IMG/VR virus record: IMGVR_UViG_3300017778_004456
Location: 1-64,000 of that record
DNA length: 64,000 nucleotides
Reading direction: 5' to 3' (one strand)
Source of the DNA: a virus
Shown here: in pieces, positions 9,783 to 19,490 of the stretch
How the letters are laid out: each line of letters starts with the position of its first letter
Numbering within the stretch: the stretch's first letter is position 1
Program-made: the position numbers and the translations under genes
The notes under the pieces: generated by a model
The model's database searches: none
What the model was told of the DNA's origin: nothing
Seen by the model: the letters and a program-made list of their open reading frames with translations, nothing else

Positions 9783-12700
9783 ATGATTATCCAAGGTGCA
9801 GGCGGTAAGTCAGGCGGTGGAGCTAAGGAAGGTCCCAACACTGTTCGCAGCGAAGCTGTCGCCAAGATTCTTGATCTGATCTGTGCCGGACAAATCTACG
9901 GATTTGTGACGCCATCGGATCCTCTTAAGTCCATCTACTACGATGGTCTACCTGTCCAGAATGCTGACGGAAGCTTCAACAATTACGGAGTTGAGGTTGA
10001 GTACACCCTCGGAACAATGGATCAAGATCCCATTAAGGGATTTGACTCTGTCGACAACACTACGCCGGTGAATATTCAGGCCACTATCGCTGTTAAGCCC
10101 TCAGTCACGGTTACCAATACGCTCGTAGACAGTGTCCTGGCGACTTGCACTATTCCGGCTCTGACTCAGTCAAACTCGAAGACTGGCGCCCTCGAAGGAA
10201 CTTGGTGCAGCTTCCAGTGGGAGATCAAAGGTGCGGATGAAGGGACTTGGACTGTAGCTTACGCGGACTATATCTCCGAGAAGTTTACGACCTCGACCTC
10301 CTTCGACTACATCATAGACATCTCGGCCAAGGTCTATCCTGTATCGATCAGGCTGGTTCGCATCACTGCGGACTCAGGATCCGTGTCCGTCCAGAACGAT
10401 TTGTACTTCAGCGCCTATACTCAGATCATTAACGAGAAACTCTCCTACCCTGGATCAGCACTTATCGCCCATACCGTTCAGGCGAAACAATTCGGAAGTT
10501 CAATACCGTCTCGCGGAGCTCACATCTATGGTCAGCTCTGCCTGATCCCTTCCAACTACAACCCTTGGACTCGTGTCTACACAGGTGTCTGGAACGGAAC
10601 CTTTGTCGAAGGTTGGACGAATAATCCGGCGTGGGTTCTCTTGTCGTGTCTGGTGAACACCGACTGGGGACTGGGAGAATACATCTCTATCAACGACATC
10701 GACAAGGTTGCACTCTACACGATCGCGCAGTATTGCGACGAATCTGTCGACAACGGGCTAGGTGGGACGGAAGCTCGCTACTCCTTCAACGCATACATTC
10801 AGACTCAGGAATCTGCCGCAGCGGTGATCCAAGCGATCTCGTCCAGCTTCCAGGGTATGACGTTTGCCGCGACTTCAAAAGTCCTGTTCGCCCAGGACTC
10901 TCCTTCGGATCCCGTAGCACTTGTCACGAACGCCAACGTCATCGGAGGTGCCTTCCAATATGAAGGTATCGGAGTTGGAACTCGTAAGTCCGCCTACATG
11001 GTGGAGTGGAACAACCCGGATAAGAACTACGAGTTGGATTATGAGTTCTGCGAAGATCCAGAACTGATCGCGAAGTACGGCTACAAGATGGAGCGACTGC
11101 CGCTCCTCGGATGTACGAGCAAAGGTCAGGCTCGTCGTGCAGGACGTTGGAGACTCTTCACCAACAAGTTTCAGGATCGAATGATTGCCTACAAGGCGTC
11201 ATTGGATCACGGCTTCATCCTACCTGGAGCTTTGATCCGTGTTGCTGATGCTCGACAGCAGACGTATCGCTACGGTGGTCGTATCGTATCCTCTACGAAT
11301 ACGACTGCAACGCTGGACGCTCCGACAACCCTTGTTGCTGGAAAGACTTATCAACTTCACTACGTGGACCCGGCTGGAAACATTCAGACTCGCACGATCA
11401 CGACAGGCGTCGGTGAAACTTCGACTGTAACAGTCTCGGCCACTATGGCTGGAGTTCTGCCTGCTAACGGAACCGTCTGGATCATCACCAGTGGTGAAGA
11501 AGTGCCTTATCGTGTGATGGGTGTTCGCGAAGTTGGCGGACGACAACCGTTTGTTGAGATCGTTGCGGCCAAGCACTACAGTGAGAAGTATGCTCTGATC
11601 GAGGGAACGGCCTCTCTCGAGGTCACTCGTCCGTACTCGGTTGACTCTAAGGTTCCCATCCTTCCTCCTACGAACGCTGTTATCAGTAAGAAGTTCCGCA
11701 ACACTAGCGGGATGACTGAAGAGTACCTAGACATCTCCTTCACTCCCAGTGCTTCAAAGCGGGCTCAGTACTACAGTGTCTCGTATCGCCACAACTACGG
11801 TGAGTGGAAGACTGTCACTACATACACTGACTCTGTTCAGGTTCCTTGGAACGGCTCTGGTCGTTATCAAACCTCCATTGTTGCTCGGGGGATCGGGGAT
11901 GAGCAGGACCAGCAGTCCATCCCACTGGAGTACGAATCGAATATCACTGACGTTCGTACTATCGCTAAGCCAACTATCTCAGGACTTGCGCTGGCGACAG
12001 GATCGATAAGCTCGACCGCATTCGGAGGCGGCACCGCGAAATTCACTTGGGGCGTCGCTGTACCCTCCACCTTCACTAACAGCTTCTGGGAAGATCCGTA
12101 CTTCCGCGACTTCGAGATCGAGATGCGCACGACTGGTAACGTGCTGATCGCGACGTATTATACTCGCAGCCCGTTCTTCGAGTTCACTTCAGAACGTAAT
12201 GCTGAGACGAACGCCGGAGTACCTCGTCGCGCCTTCAAGATGCGTGTCCGTATCCGGGACACCTTTGCCTCAGAAGTCGTAGGCGACTACGTCGAATTGT
12301 CAGTCTCTAACCCCGCACCTGCGACTCCGACCGGAGTTGTTGTTACGCCGGTGACTGGTGGATTGCGTGTGGTCATGGACCCGCCAGCCGATCTTGACTG
12401 GAAGGGTACTCTTGTCTGGACATCTCAGACCGCGGGAATCACCCTTCCCGGTACTCCGAAGGACCTAGGCAAGACTACAGTCTTCAACCTCACTGGTACG
12501 GTTGGTTCTCCTCTTTACTACAGATTCGCGTTCTACGACGAGTTCGGAAAAGATACTCTGAACGCTACCGCTGAAGCCAGCACGACTATCCCACTCGTCA
12601 CTACTACCGATCTCGGTCCCGAGTCTGTCACGGCTTCTAAGATACAGGCTCGCGACACAAGCAATATGATCCCGGACAGCGGTCTAAGGGATGCAGGAGC

Positions 12701-15700
12701 TTGGTCGGATGCCGGTACCGCAGCTATCTGGGAACTCGCGGACGGAGCGACATACAGTCTTCCGACAGCTCGGTGTATCACCAGTGCTGACAACGCCACG
12801 GGAGTGGGTGCAGATGTCATTCGCGGTCAGTGGAGCATTCTACCGGCGTACTATCCCGAATGCAAGGCTGTGGAAGTTATCGCATTCAGCGTGACGAGTG
12901 TCTCGAGTGCAGACTTTGTCGGCGATCATCGTGTCTATGTTCAGTTCTTTGATCGGACCAAGACTTTCATAAGTGAGACTCTGGTTGGATCCGGGTTCCG
13001 AACCACCCCTTGGACTACTCCGGCGACAGACACTCTTCTTGTCACCGCTCCGGCAAACACAGCTTTCGTTTCGTTCCGTCTTCGTCGCGCATCTACTGCC
13101 GGAGGCACTTCTACGGGACGTGTGACTGTTTACAATATGGCGATGCGGAAAGCTTCTACCGTAGATACCATCGCAGCCGCTGCAATCGAAGCTTCTAAGA
13201 TCGCTCCACTAGCAGTGGACACTGGAGCTCTAGCTAACGGCGCTGTCTCAACCCTCAAGCTCGGATCTCTAGCCGTAGACACTGGCAATCTCGCTGCTGG
13301 AGCTGTCACTAACGCCAAGCTCGGATCTCTAGCCGTAGACACTGGCAATCTTATTGACTCAGCAGTCTCCGGACTTAAGATTGCCTCGAACACTATCACG
13401 GCTGCGAACATCGCCGCGAACACGATCACGGCTTCACGCCTGATATTGACCGACACTAGTAACATGGTGAAGGACGCAGAATTCAACGAAGTCTTCGGTG
13501 GCACTCTTCCTTGGAGAATTGCAAGCGGCAACGTCACGCGCGTTACTGCGGGTGACGCTCTGGTTACGGCGTTGAGTCAGGCTATCGTTAGCAAGGTGAC
13601 AGGAAACGGAACCGGCACCGCGAACCGATATGACTATATCGACGGAGGAACAGTTTCTGGACGAGTTCCGATTGAACCGCTCAAGCCTTTCTACGCTAGC
13701 GTAGACATCGCTGTGACGGCAGGATTCAATGGTCTTGTCTATGCCGACATCGCTTGGGTAAACTCGGCTAATGCTGACTTCGCCTACACGACGATCGGTA
13801 CTCCGCCGAACTATCTCTCCACACCGGCAGGTTCGACAATCGTTACGACAGTCTCAGGACGTGTCACTGCTCCCGCAGGTGCTGTCAAGATGCACATGCG
13901 ACTTATCGTAGATTGGAATACTGACTTCGCGACGCGGAACAAGGCTGGCACCGCAGGGTTCGCTCGACCAATCGTTCGACGAGCAGTCAACGCTGAACTG
14001 ATTGTTGACGGAGCAATCACAGCAGCAAAGATTCAAGCCGCCACCATCACCGGCGACAGGATCGCAGCGCGCACCATCACAGCAGACACGCTCGTGCTGA
14101 TGGGCGGCAGCTTGCACACGGACAACAACTTCCGCGCTCCTGCCACTTATGCCTCGGGTCAATTCAACGGCTCGACTTTTGACTGGTTCCTCCCTGGTAC
14201 TTTGACGGGAACTAGCAACCACGGCTGGTATGTCGAAGAGAACAACCAGAACGGTGCGGATCGCTACATGGCTCTGTTTAGCGGCAGAGCAGGACAAGAT
14301 AACACTAAGCGTTTCTACATCTATTCACATTATCCCACCGGGATGACTATTCGTGACCTGATGCCCTGCACGGCTGGTCGCCTCTACGAACTCGCGGTCA
14401 GCGCATTCAACAACTCGAACCAGAACATTCAGATCGACGTTGACTGGTATGATCGCACCAACACCTACGTCAGCTCGTCTGTATCAATTACAGTTCCGGC
14501 CTCGGGAACAAGTGTCTTCACTAACTTGCGGGCGCAGATTCTTGCGCCAACTAACGCGGTCGGCTTCCGTTGGTACGCTCGCAACGTAGGCGGCTCCACT
14601 CTCTCTGGCGCGGCATGTATCTCTAACGTCACGGTGCGTGAGGCGGCTTCTGGCACTATGATCGTTGATGGTACGATAACGGCTTCGAAGATTTTCGCCA
14701 ACACGATCACTGGCGACAAGATCGCTGCCAACACGATCAGCGCTTCGAAACTCGTTGTTGCAGATACTACGAACTTGTTTCCCGACGCCCCGCTCTCGGA
14801 GCTGGCAGCCTACAGTGGCATCCCTACGGGCGTAACTCTGTCTACCACTACTGTGATGCGCTCTCCCGGAGCGTGGCTTTACAACGACGCTACGGCCTCG
14901 GCAGCAGGCTCCAACTATACAGGAGGTCTGACCGGTCAACGCTTCGTAGTTGATTCGAGTCGCTCATACTTTGCAGAACTTCAGCACTACGCGGCAGGCG
15001 CAGGAACCTCTGGATTCTGGTCGCGAATCCAATGGTACGATTACGCTGGAGCAGCATTGTCCGGCGGCGAGGGCGCTGAATACAGTACGGTGGCGAGTCC
15101 CGCACTTACGGCAACCGGCATCACCAACTACAGCAACCCAATCACGCCGCCCGCAGGTGCTCGCTTCGGTGCCTTGATTCACTACTTTCAACGGACGGTT
15201 TCCACGCGGGACTTCTACATAGGTGCGTTTTCTCTTCGCCTGCGGAGCAACGGTCAACTGATCGTTGACGGAACGATCTCTGCTGACAAGATCGTATCTA
15301 ACTCTATCACTGCACTTCAGATCGCCGGTGGCAGCATCACGGCCAGCAAGTTGGTTATCGCAGACAACTCCAACCTGCTTCGCGACCCGGATCTTCTAGA
15401 CGTCAATGATTGGACGGTCAGTGCAGGCTTTGTGTTCGGTACGACCGAAGCACCTGAAGTCACGACCGAGCTAATCGTACCTCGCGCTATCCGGAGTCCT
15501 ACGGGTAACGGTACGACCTCACAGGCTACGACCTACACCTACTCTTCCGCATTCCCCGTTCTACCGTCCGCGTACTACCGGATCGCTGCTAAGGTCAACA
15601 ATCGCGCCACCTTCACCGGTCGAGCTATTCTCATCCTACAGTGGTACGATCGTGCTGGCGCGTACATCACTAACTCGGTTCTCTACGGTAACGATTATCG

Positions 15701-16682
15701 TACTACGGCAGTCGGCGGTACAAGTGTCATTCAGACTCTTGCTTCCCAGTTTCAGGCTCCGAGTAACGCCTACTACGGAGCCGCTATCGTCGGGGTTGAG
15801 TGGTCGACAATAGTAGCTAACAATACTTCAGGTCGCTGCTATTTTGGAGCACTCCGAGTTCAGCGTGCTGCCGACTCTGATCTCATCGTCGATGGTTCAA
15901 TCACTGCTCTGAAGTTGAGAGCTGGTGAAATCACAGCTGATCGTCTAGTCGCCAACGCGGGCATGTTCGTCGGCTCGGGCACTAACCTATGGTCCGTCGC
16001 CCTAGAGCCTAAGAATTACCTTCGCTCGGACGGCGACACGGTCTCCTTTGGGCTTGACTTCGGCGCGCCCGCAGATGTTTCCTGGGATCTATCATCTCTA
16101 CCTAGCTTGGCCGTAGGCGAACGCTACGATGCTAAGGTTACAAGCTCTACAGGGACGGGCTTCACCTGTTACCTTAAGAAGATCACCTCAGGTGGATACA
16201 CAACGTATACGCAAACTACGGACAGCGCCGGGGCGGGCGGCGACCCAACGCGCATCGCCAATGCGGCGAACGCTGCGGACAGTGCCTCAGGAAACTACAC
16301 GTTCAGAGTGATTGGGGACTGCTACCTGTCGGAATACACCTACTATATATCGAAAGGTGTATATGGAACGTACTATCAAGGTGCGGTGTCTATTGAGTGT
16401 TATTTCTACACGGGAAGCGCGTGGGTACTCGCTAACACGTTCTACGTTGAGGTCAACGGCACGGGCGTCGGCTTGGAGCCCTTCGATGTCGAACTGACGG
16501 TAAACTATACCGGAGCTGTCGCGGACAGCGGCAAGGCGTATGGTGTGTCTCTTACCGATACTTCTAACGGTCAAAGCGTCGACGATCTGCACACAGTGTC
16601 CTACTCGGCAGAAGCGCAGTCCTCAGTGACCTCAGTAACGACGGACGTGAGATGGACAGTAACACCCAAGAGCGCCGCCTAG
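9783..16682 (+). CDS. tail tip/host specificity protein, lambda gpJ-like, with extended repeat-containing C-terminus
   Basis: 2299 aa; GAGGKSGG start, WTNNPAW, GCTSKGQARRAGRW; C-terminal beta-sandwich modules separated by LIVDGxITAxKI linkers. Confidence 0.92.
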   Translation: MIIQGAGGKSGGGAKEGPNTVRSEAVAKILDLICAGQIYGFVTPSDPLKSIYYDGLPVQNADGSFNNYGVEVEYTLGTMDQDPIKGFDSVDNTTPVNIQATIAVKPSVTVTNTLVDSVLATCTIPALTQSNSKTGALEGTWCSFQWEIKGADEGTWTVAYADYISEKFTTSTSFDYIIDISAKVYPVSIRLVRITADSGSVSVQNDLYFSAYTQIINEKLSYPGSALIAHTVQAKQFGSSIPSRGAHIYGQLCLIPSNYNPWTRVYTGVWNGTFVEGWTNNPAWVLLSCLVNTDWGLGEYISINDIDKVALYTIAQYCDESVDNGLGGTEARYSFNAYIQTQESAAAVIQAISSSFQGMTFAATSKVLFAQDSPSDPVALVTNANVIGGAFQYEGIGVGTRKSAYMVEWNNPDKNYELDYEFCEDPELIAKYGYKMERLPLLGCTSKGQARRAGRWRLFTNKFQDRMIAYKASLDHGFILPGALIRVADARQQTYRYGGRIVSSTNTTATLDAPTTLVAGKTYQLHYVDPAGNIQTRTITTGVGETSTVTVSATMAGVLPANGTVWIITSGEEVPYRVMGVREVGGRQPFVEIVAAKHYSEKYALIEGTASLEVTRPYSVDSKVPILPPTNAVISKKFRNTSGMTEEYLDISFTPSASKRAQYYSVSYRHNYGEWKTVTTYTDSVQVPWNGSGRYQTSIVARGIGDEQDQQSIPLEYESNITDVRTIAKPTISGLALATGSISSTAFGGGTAKFTWGVAVPSTFTNSFWEDPYFRDFEIEMRTTGNVLIATYYTRSPFFEFTSERNAETNAGVPRRAFKMRVRIRDTFASEVVGDYVELSVSNPAPATPTGVVVTPVTGGLRVVMDPPADLDWKGTLVWTSQTAGITLPGTPKDLGKTTVFNLTGTVGSPLYYRFAFYDEFGKDTLNATAEASTTIPLVTTTDLGPESVTASKIQARDTSNMIPDSGLRDAGAWSDAGTAAIWELADGATYSLPTARCITSADNATGVGADVIRGQWSILPAYYPECKAVEVIAFSVTSVSSADFVGDHRVYVQFFDRTKTFISETLVGSGFRTTPWTTPATDTLLVTAPANTAFVSFRLRRASTAGGTSTGRVTVYNMAMRKASTVDTIAAAAIEASKIAPLAVDTGALANGAVSTLKLGSLAVDTGNLAAGAVTNAKLGSLAVDTGNLIDSAVSGLKIASNTITAANIAANTITASRLILTDTSNMVKDAEFNEVFGGTLPWRIASGNVTRVTAGDALVTALSQAIVSKVTGNGTGTANRYDYIDGGTVSGRVPIEPLKPFYASVDIAVTAGFNGLVYADIAWVNSANADFAYTTIGTPPNYLSTPAGSTIVTTVSGRVTAPAGAVKMHMRLIVDWNTDFATRNKAGTAGFARPIVRRAVNAELIVDGAITAAKIQAATITGDRIAARTITADTLVLMGGSLHTDNNFRAPATYASGQFNGSTFDWFLPGTLTGTSNHGWYVEENNQNGADRYMALFSGRAGQDNTKRFYIYSHYPTGMTIRDLMPCTAGRLYELAVSAFNNSNQNIQIDVDWYDRTNTYVSSSVSITVPASGTSVFTNLRAQILAPTNAVGFRWYARNVGGSTLSGAACISNVTVREAASGTMIVDGTITASKIFANTITGDKIAANTISASKLVVADTTNLFPDAPLSELAAYSGIPTGVTLSTTTVMRSPGAWLYNDATASAAGSNYTGGLTGQRFVVDSSRSYFAELQHYAAGAGTSGFWSRIQWYDYAGAALSGGEGAEYSTVASPALTATGITNYSNPITPPAGARFGALIHYFQRTVSTRDFYIGAFSLRLRSNGQLIVDGTISADKIVSNSITALQIAGGSITASKLVIADNSNLLRDPDLLDVNDWTVSAGFVFGTTEAPEVTTELIVPRAIRSPTGNGTTSQATTYTYSSAFPVLPSAYYRIAAKVNNRATFTGRAILILQWYDRAGAYITNSVLYGNDYRTTAVGGTSVIQTLASQFQAPSNAYYGAAIVGVEWSTIVANNTSGRCYFGALRVQRAADSDLIVDGSITALKLRAGEITADRLVANAGMFVGSGTNLWSVALEPKNYLRSDGDTVSFGLDFGAPADVSWDLSSLPSLAVGERYDAKVTSSTGTGFTCYLKKITSGGYTTYTQTTDSAGAGGDPTRIANAANAADSASGNYTFRVIGDCYLSEYTYYISKGVYGTYYQGAVSIECYFYTGSAWVLANTFYVEVNGTGVGLEPFDVELTVNYTGAVADSGKAYGVSLTDTSNGQSVDDLHTVSYSAEAQSSVTSVTTDVRWTVTPKSAA
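13256..13351 (+). repeat. 36 bp exact direct repeat (60 bp period) within tail tip gene
   Basis: CAAGCTCGGATCTCTAGCCGTAGACACTGGCAATCT at 13256-13291 and 13316-13351 (KLGSLAVDTGNL twice). Confidence 0.9.
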
Positions 16683-17281
16683 CGGAATTGAAGAGTGCTG
16701 CAATGACCGCCTATCCTGAGACGGTTACGCACGAGTATGGAGACGCCCTGTTCAGCAGCTATCCGGGTGGTAGACCCTATCCGACTGCCGATCACATGCG
16801 GACACAATTGTCGGTAGGCAAGCCGATGTTCTTGCTACCCTGCGGACCGTACTTCACAGGAGAATTCTTTGGGTTCGGAGATCAGTTGCCGATGGACCCG
16901 TTAGTTTCAAGAGGGTTTCGCCACGGGGTGAGCGACTGCTGGGCACTCTATCGAGATTGGTGGAGAGACCGGGGCAGAGTGATGAAAGTATATCCGCGTG
17001 ATTGGGGATGGTGGCGATCAGGCTATCGTATGATCGAGGAGTACGCGATTCACGACTTCGACTGCTTAGACACACAAGCGCCGAGAGAAGGGGACCTCGT
17101 GATGTGGGCGTTTGGTGCCGAACCTCACATACAGCACACGAGCGTTTATCTATCAGAAGGCATGACATTGCATCACACGTCTAGGCGCGGCAGGCCTCTC
17201 GACTTGCTTAGTCTGAGCGAAGTAGTTCCGCTAGACAAGATGCCCGGCCGAGTACATAGCATTTGGAGACCTAAGGAATGA
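16652..17281 (+). CDS. second gpK-like NlpC/P60 protein with degenerate JAB part
   Basis: RGFRHGVSDCW, PRDWGWW and QHTSVYL parallel 8264..9022; the HSH motif is replaced by SSY. Confidence 0.75.
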   Translation: MDSNTQERRLAELKSAAMTAYPETVTHEYGDALFSSYPGGRPYPTADHMRTQLSVGKPMFLLPCGPYFTGEFFGFGDQLPMDPLVSRGFRHGVSDCWALYRDWWRDRGRVMKVYPRDWGWWRSGYRMIEEYAIHDFDCLDTQAPREGDLVMWAFGAEPHIQHTSVYLSEGMTLHHTSRRGRPLDLLSLSEVVPLDKMPGRVHSIWRPKE

Positions 17282-17676
17282 GCACGCCTACTAAACTCAA
17301 GTCGTTCGGCGGCAAGGCAATGAGGGGCCTCTGCCCCATCTGCATGCGTGAACGACCCCCTATTGTCATCCTCCCGACCGGGTGTGACCTCTGCTTGGCG
17401 GAACGACAGCGCGCTGCAGATAAGGCCGCGTTCGAAGCCAAGAAACCTACCCTCGTTGAGGGAATCATGATCAGGGGTCCCTCCGATCAGGAGATTGAGA
17501 ACATCCGAGACAACCTTCTGGACCGCACGAACTGGACTCAACTCGCAGATCGTCGAGCAAAGATGGGAAATTCTAAGGCGAAACAGTGGGACGATTACAG
17601 GCAGGCAGTTGATCAAGAAGCTCGGGATGCTAGAGACCAGAAACGTCCTCCAAGTTGGCCTCCTCTACCTACTTGA
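17278..17676 (+). CDS. tail fibre assembly chaperone-like protein with N-terminal CxxC/CxxC
   Basis: RDNLLDRTNWTQLAD...WDDYRQ...PSWPPLP pattern of Phage_tail_APC-type chaperones. Confidence 0.7.
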   Translation: MSTPTKLKSFGGKAMRGLCPICMRERPPIVILPTGCDLCLAERQRAADKAAFEAKKPTLVEGIMIRGPSDQEIENIRDNLLDRTNWTQLADRRAKMGNSKAKQWDDYRQAVDQEARDARDQKRPPSWPPLPT

Positions 17677-17749
17677 CGGAGCACTCCAGCATATCGCTGG
17701 AACAGTTCCTGTGCTACTCTGCAAATTAACATCCTGCGGAAGGTCTCTC

Positions 17750-18040
17750 ATGCAAGTCGTCCTTAGTGCAGTCATTATCAGTGATAGTTCTCAGAACTAT
17801 GGGCCGGATGAGCAATACTACAAACTCGGTGGCGGCGCTTGTCGGCCTCCGGGCGTACAGCCTGAAGAATCCTTCAATGTCCGAAGCCTAGTCTTCCGTC
17901 CAGGCGAGATCTCTGGCGACATGGGTGCCCAGATGTGGCTCATCCCAGGAGGTCTGGCGCTGCTCGGGCCGAGTGGTGAATCTGCCTCTCTCGCCGGAAG
18001 ACAGATCACGATCACAATCTCCGATGTCCAGCCTGAATAG
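17750..18040 (+). CDS. hypothetical protein
   Basis: ATG at 17750 after GGAAGG; fills the gap in the + strand operon. Confidence 0.6.
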   Translation: MQVVLSAVIISDSSQNYGPDEQYYKLGGGACRPPGVQPEESFNVRSLVFRPGEISGDMGAQMWLIPGGLALLGPSGESASLAGRQITITISDVQPE

Positions 18041-18048
18041 GGTAGCAA

Positions 18049-18390
18049 GTGAGTCTTCCAGTAGATCAAAACTATAGCGGCGAAATGGTCAACGCCTACG
18101 TTGACAAATTTCTCAAGTTCGAGAAGTCCGTCAACTCGAAGCTCGCTCTGAAACTTGCTCAAGCTGAGCAGAGAGCTTCAGAGGAAGAGACTCAACGGGA
18201 AATCTTGTCGACTGCCTATCAGGAGAAGGAGCGAGATCTTCTCACTGTGTCGCAGTCCTACGTGGCTCTTCAGTCCGAACTCGAATCGGCCAAGACGCGA
18301 ATCTCCGAACTGGAAAAACAGGTGCTTCTTTCCGGCTCGGTTGATCAATCCCAACCCAACGAAAAGCCTCCGACAGCTCTTGCTGTCTAA
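18049..18390 (+). CDS. coiled-coil hypothetical protein
   Basis: 113 aa heptad-rich ORF before the holin. Confidence 0.65.
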   Translation: MSLPVDQNYSGEMVNAYVDKFLKFEKSVNSKLALKLAQAEQRASEEETQREILSTAYQEKERDLLTVSQSYVALQSELESAKTRISELEKQVLLSGSVDQSQPNEKPPTALAV

Positions 18391-18405
18391 CCCTGGAGCC
18401 ATCCG

Positions 18406-19020
18406 ATGAAGTGGAAAGACCTCGGGAAGATCATTGTTGAACATGCTCCCATCATTGGTGTCGCCCTTGGTGGACCGGCTGGCGGAAGTGTCGGCCAGAT
18501 TATCTCCTCCGTCCTAGGCGTCGAGGAGAAACCCGAGGCGATCCTCTCCAAGCTCAAGGAAGATCCCATCAACTACGTGAAGGTCCTGGAGATCCAGAAG
18601 ACTCACGAGCTCGAGATCCTGAGGGCAACCAACGCGGCTCACGCTGCGGATCAGTCGATCTTCGCTGACATCTACAAAGCCGAGCTGAAGTCTGAGTCCT
18701 GGATGGCTCGCAACTGGCGTCCGATGTTCGGAATGTCGGTGGCGATTTCGTTCTCGATTCAGATGCTCGGCGTTACCGCCGTCATGCTTCTTTCGCCCAA
18801 GGATGCGAATGATGTCATCAACGGAATGATTACGCTGATCCCGATCTGGGGTGTGGCGCTCTCCGTTCTGGGCATCAACATCGATCGCCGGTCCGAAGAC
18901 AAGAGGGTCGAGGCTTCGGTCAAGCAGGGACAGAATGTTCCCTCTCGTCAGCCGAGGGGCCTCGCCGCCATTCTCTCTGGAGTTCTCTCCAAGGGCAAGC
19001 AGGATGACTCAACGACATAG
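18406..19020 (+). CDS. holin (GTA 3TM holin-like)
   Basis: APIIGVALGGPAGG N-terminus, SESWMARNWRP, two hydrophobic helices, RSEDK. Confidence 0.75.
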   Translation: MKWKDLGKIIVEHAPIIGVALGGPAGGSVGQIISSVLGVEEKPEAILSKLKEDPINYVKVLEIQKTHELEILRATNAAHAADQSIFADIYKAELKSESWMARNWRPMFGMSVAISFSIQMLGVTAVMLLSPKDANDVINGMITLIPIWGVALSVLGINIDRRSEDKRVEASVKQGQNVPSRQPRGLAAILSGVLSKGKQDDSTT

Positions 19021-19480
19021 GCGGGACGAGGCAGACTTCTCGAAGAACCTTCGAGAGTATCTCACGATCGCCGGACATGACGCAGTACAGACAGAGACTT
19101 CCCGGGCGGATGGTCTCTGCGATATCAACAACACCGCCCCGAACGGACGAATGTCCTGGATTGAGTTGAAGCAGTACAACCCAGACGTTCCCAACTTAGA
19201 TCACGTCAGCTTCAAGATCCAGCCTGATCAGGCTGTCTTTCTCTGCAAGCGAGCTCAGAGAAATCCCAAGGCTAACGCCTTCGTCCTTGGAAGAGTCTGG
19301 GCGGACTCCTACTTCATCTTCCCAGCCTATCCGGATATTCAGTGGATCAGCTGGGTCCGGAAGCGCATCGATCTAGGTGTGCAGCATCCCTTCAAGTTCG
19401 CGCGTCTCAATCGATATGAGGACATTGCGGATTGCCTTGCGGATGACATGCGGAAGCGGTTTAATATCCCGCACGCCTGA
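19004..19480 (+). CDS. PD-(D/E)XK nuclease (Holliday junction resolvase/VRR-NUC-like)
   Basis: EADF...DGLCD...WIELK motif, next to the SF2 helicase. Confidence 0.65.
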   Translation: MTQRHRRDEADFSKNLREYLTIAGHDAVQTETSRADGLCDINNTAPNGRMSWIELKQYNPDVPNLDHVSFKIQPDQAVFLCKRAQRNPKANAFVLGRVWADSYFIFPAYPDIQWISWVRKRIDLGVQHPFKFARLNRYEDIADCLADDMRKRFNIPHA

Positions 19481-19490
19481 AAGGAATTCC

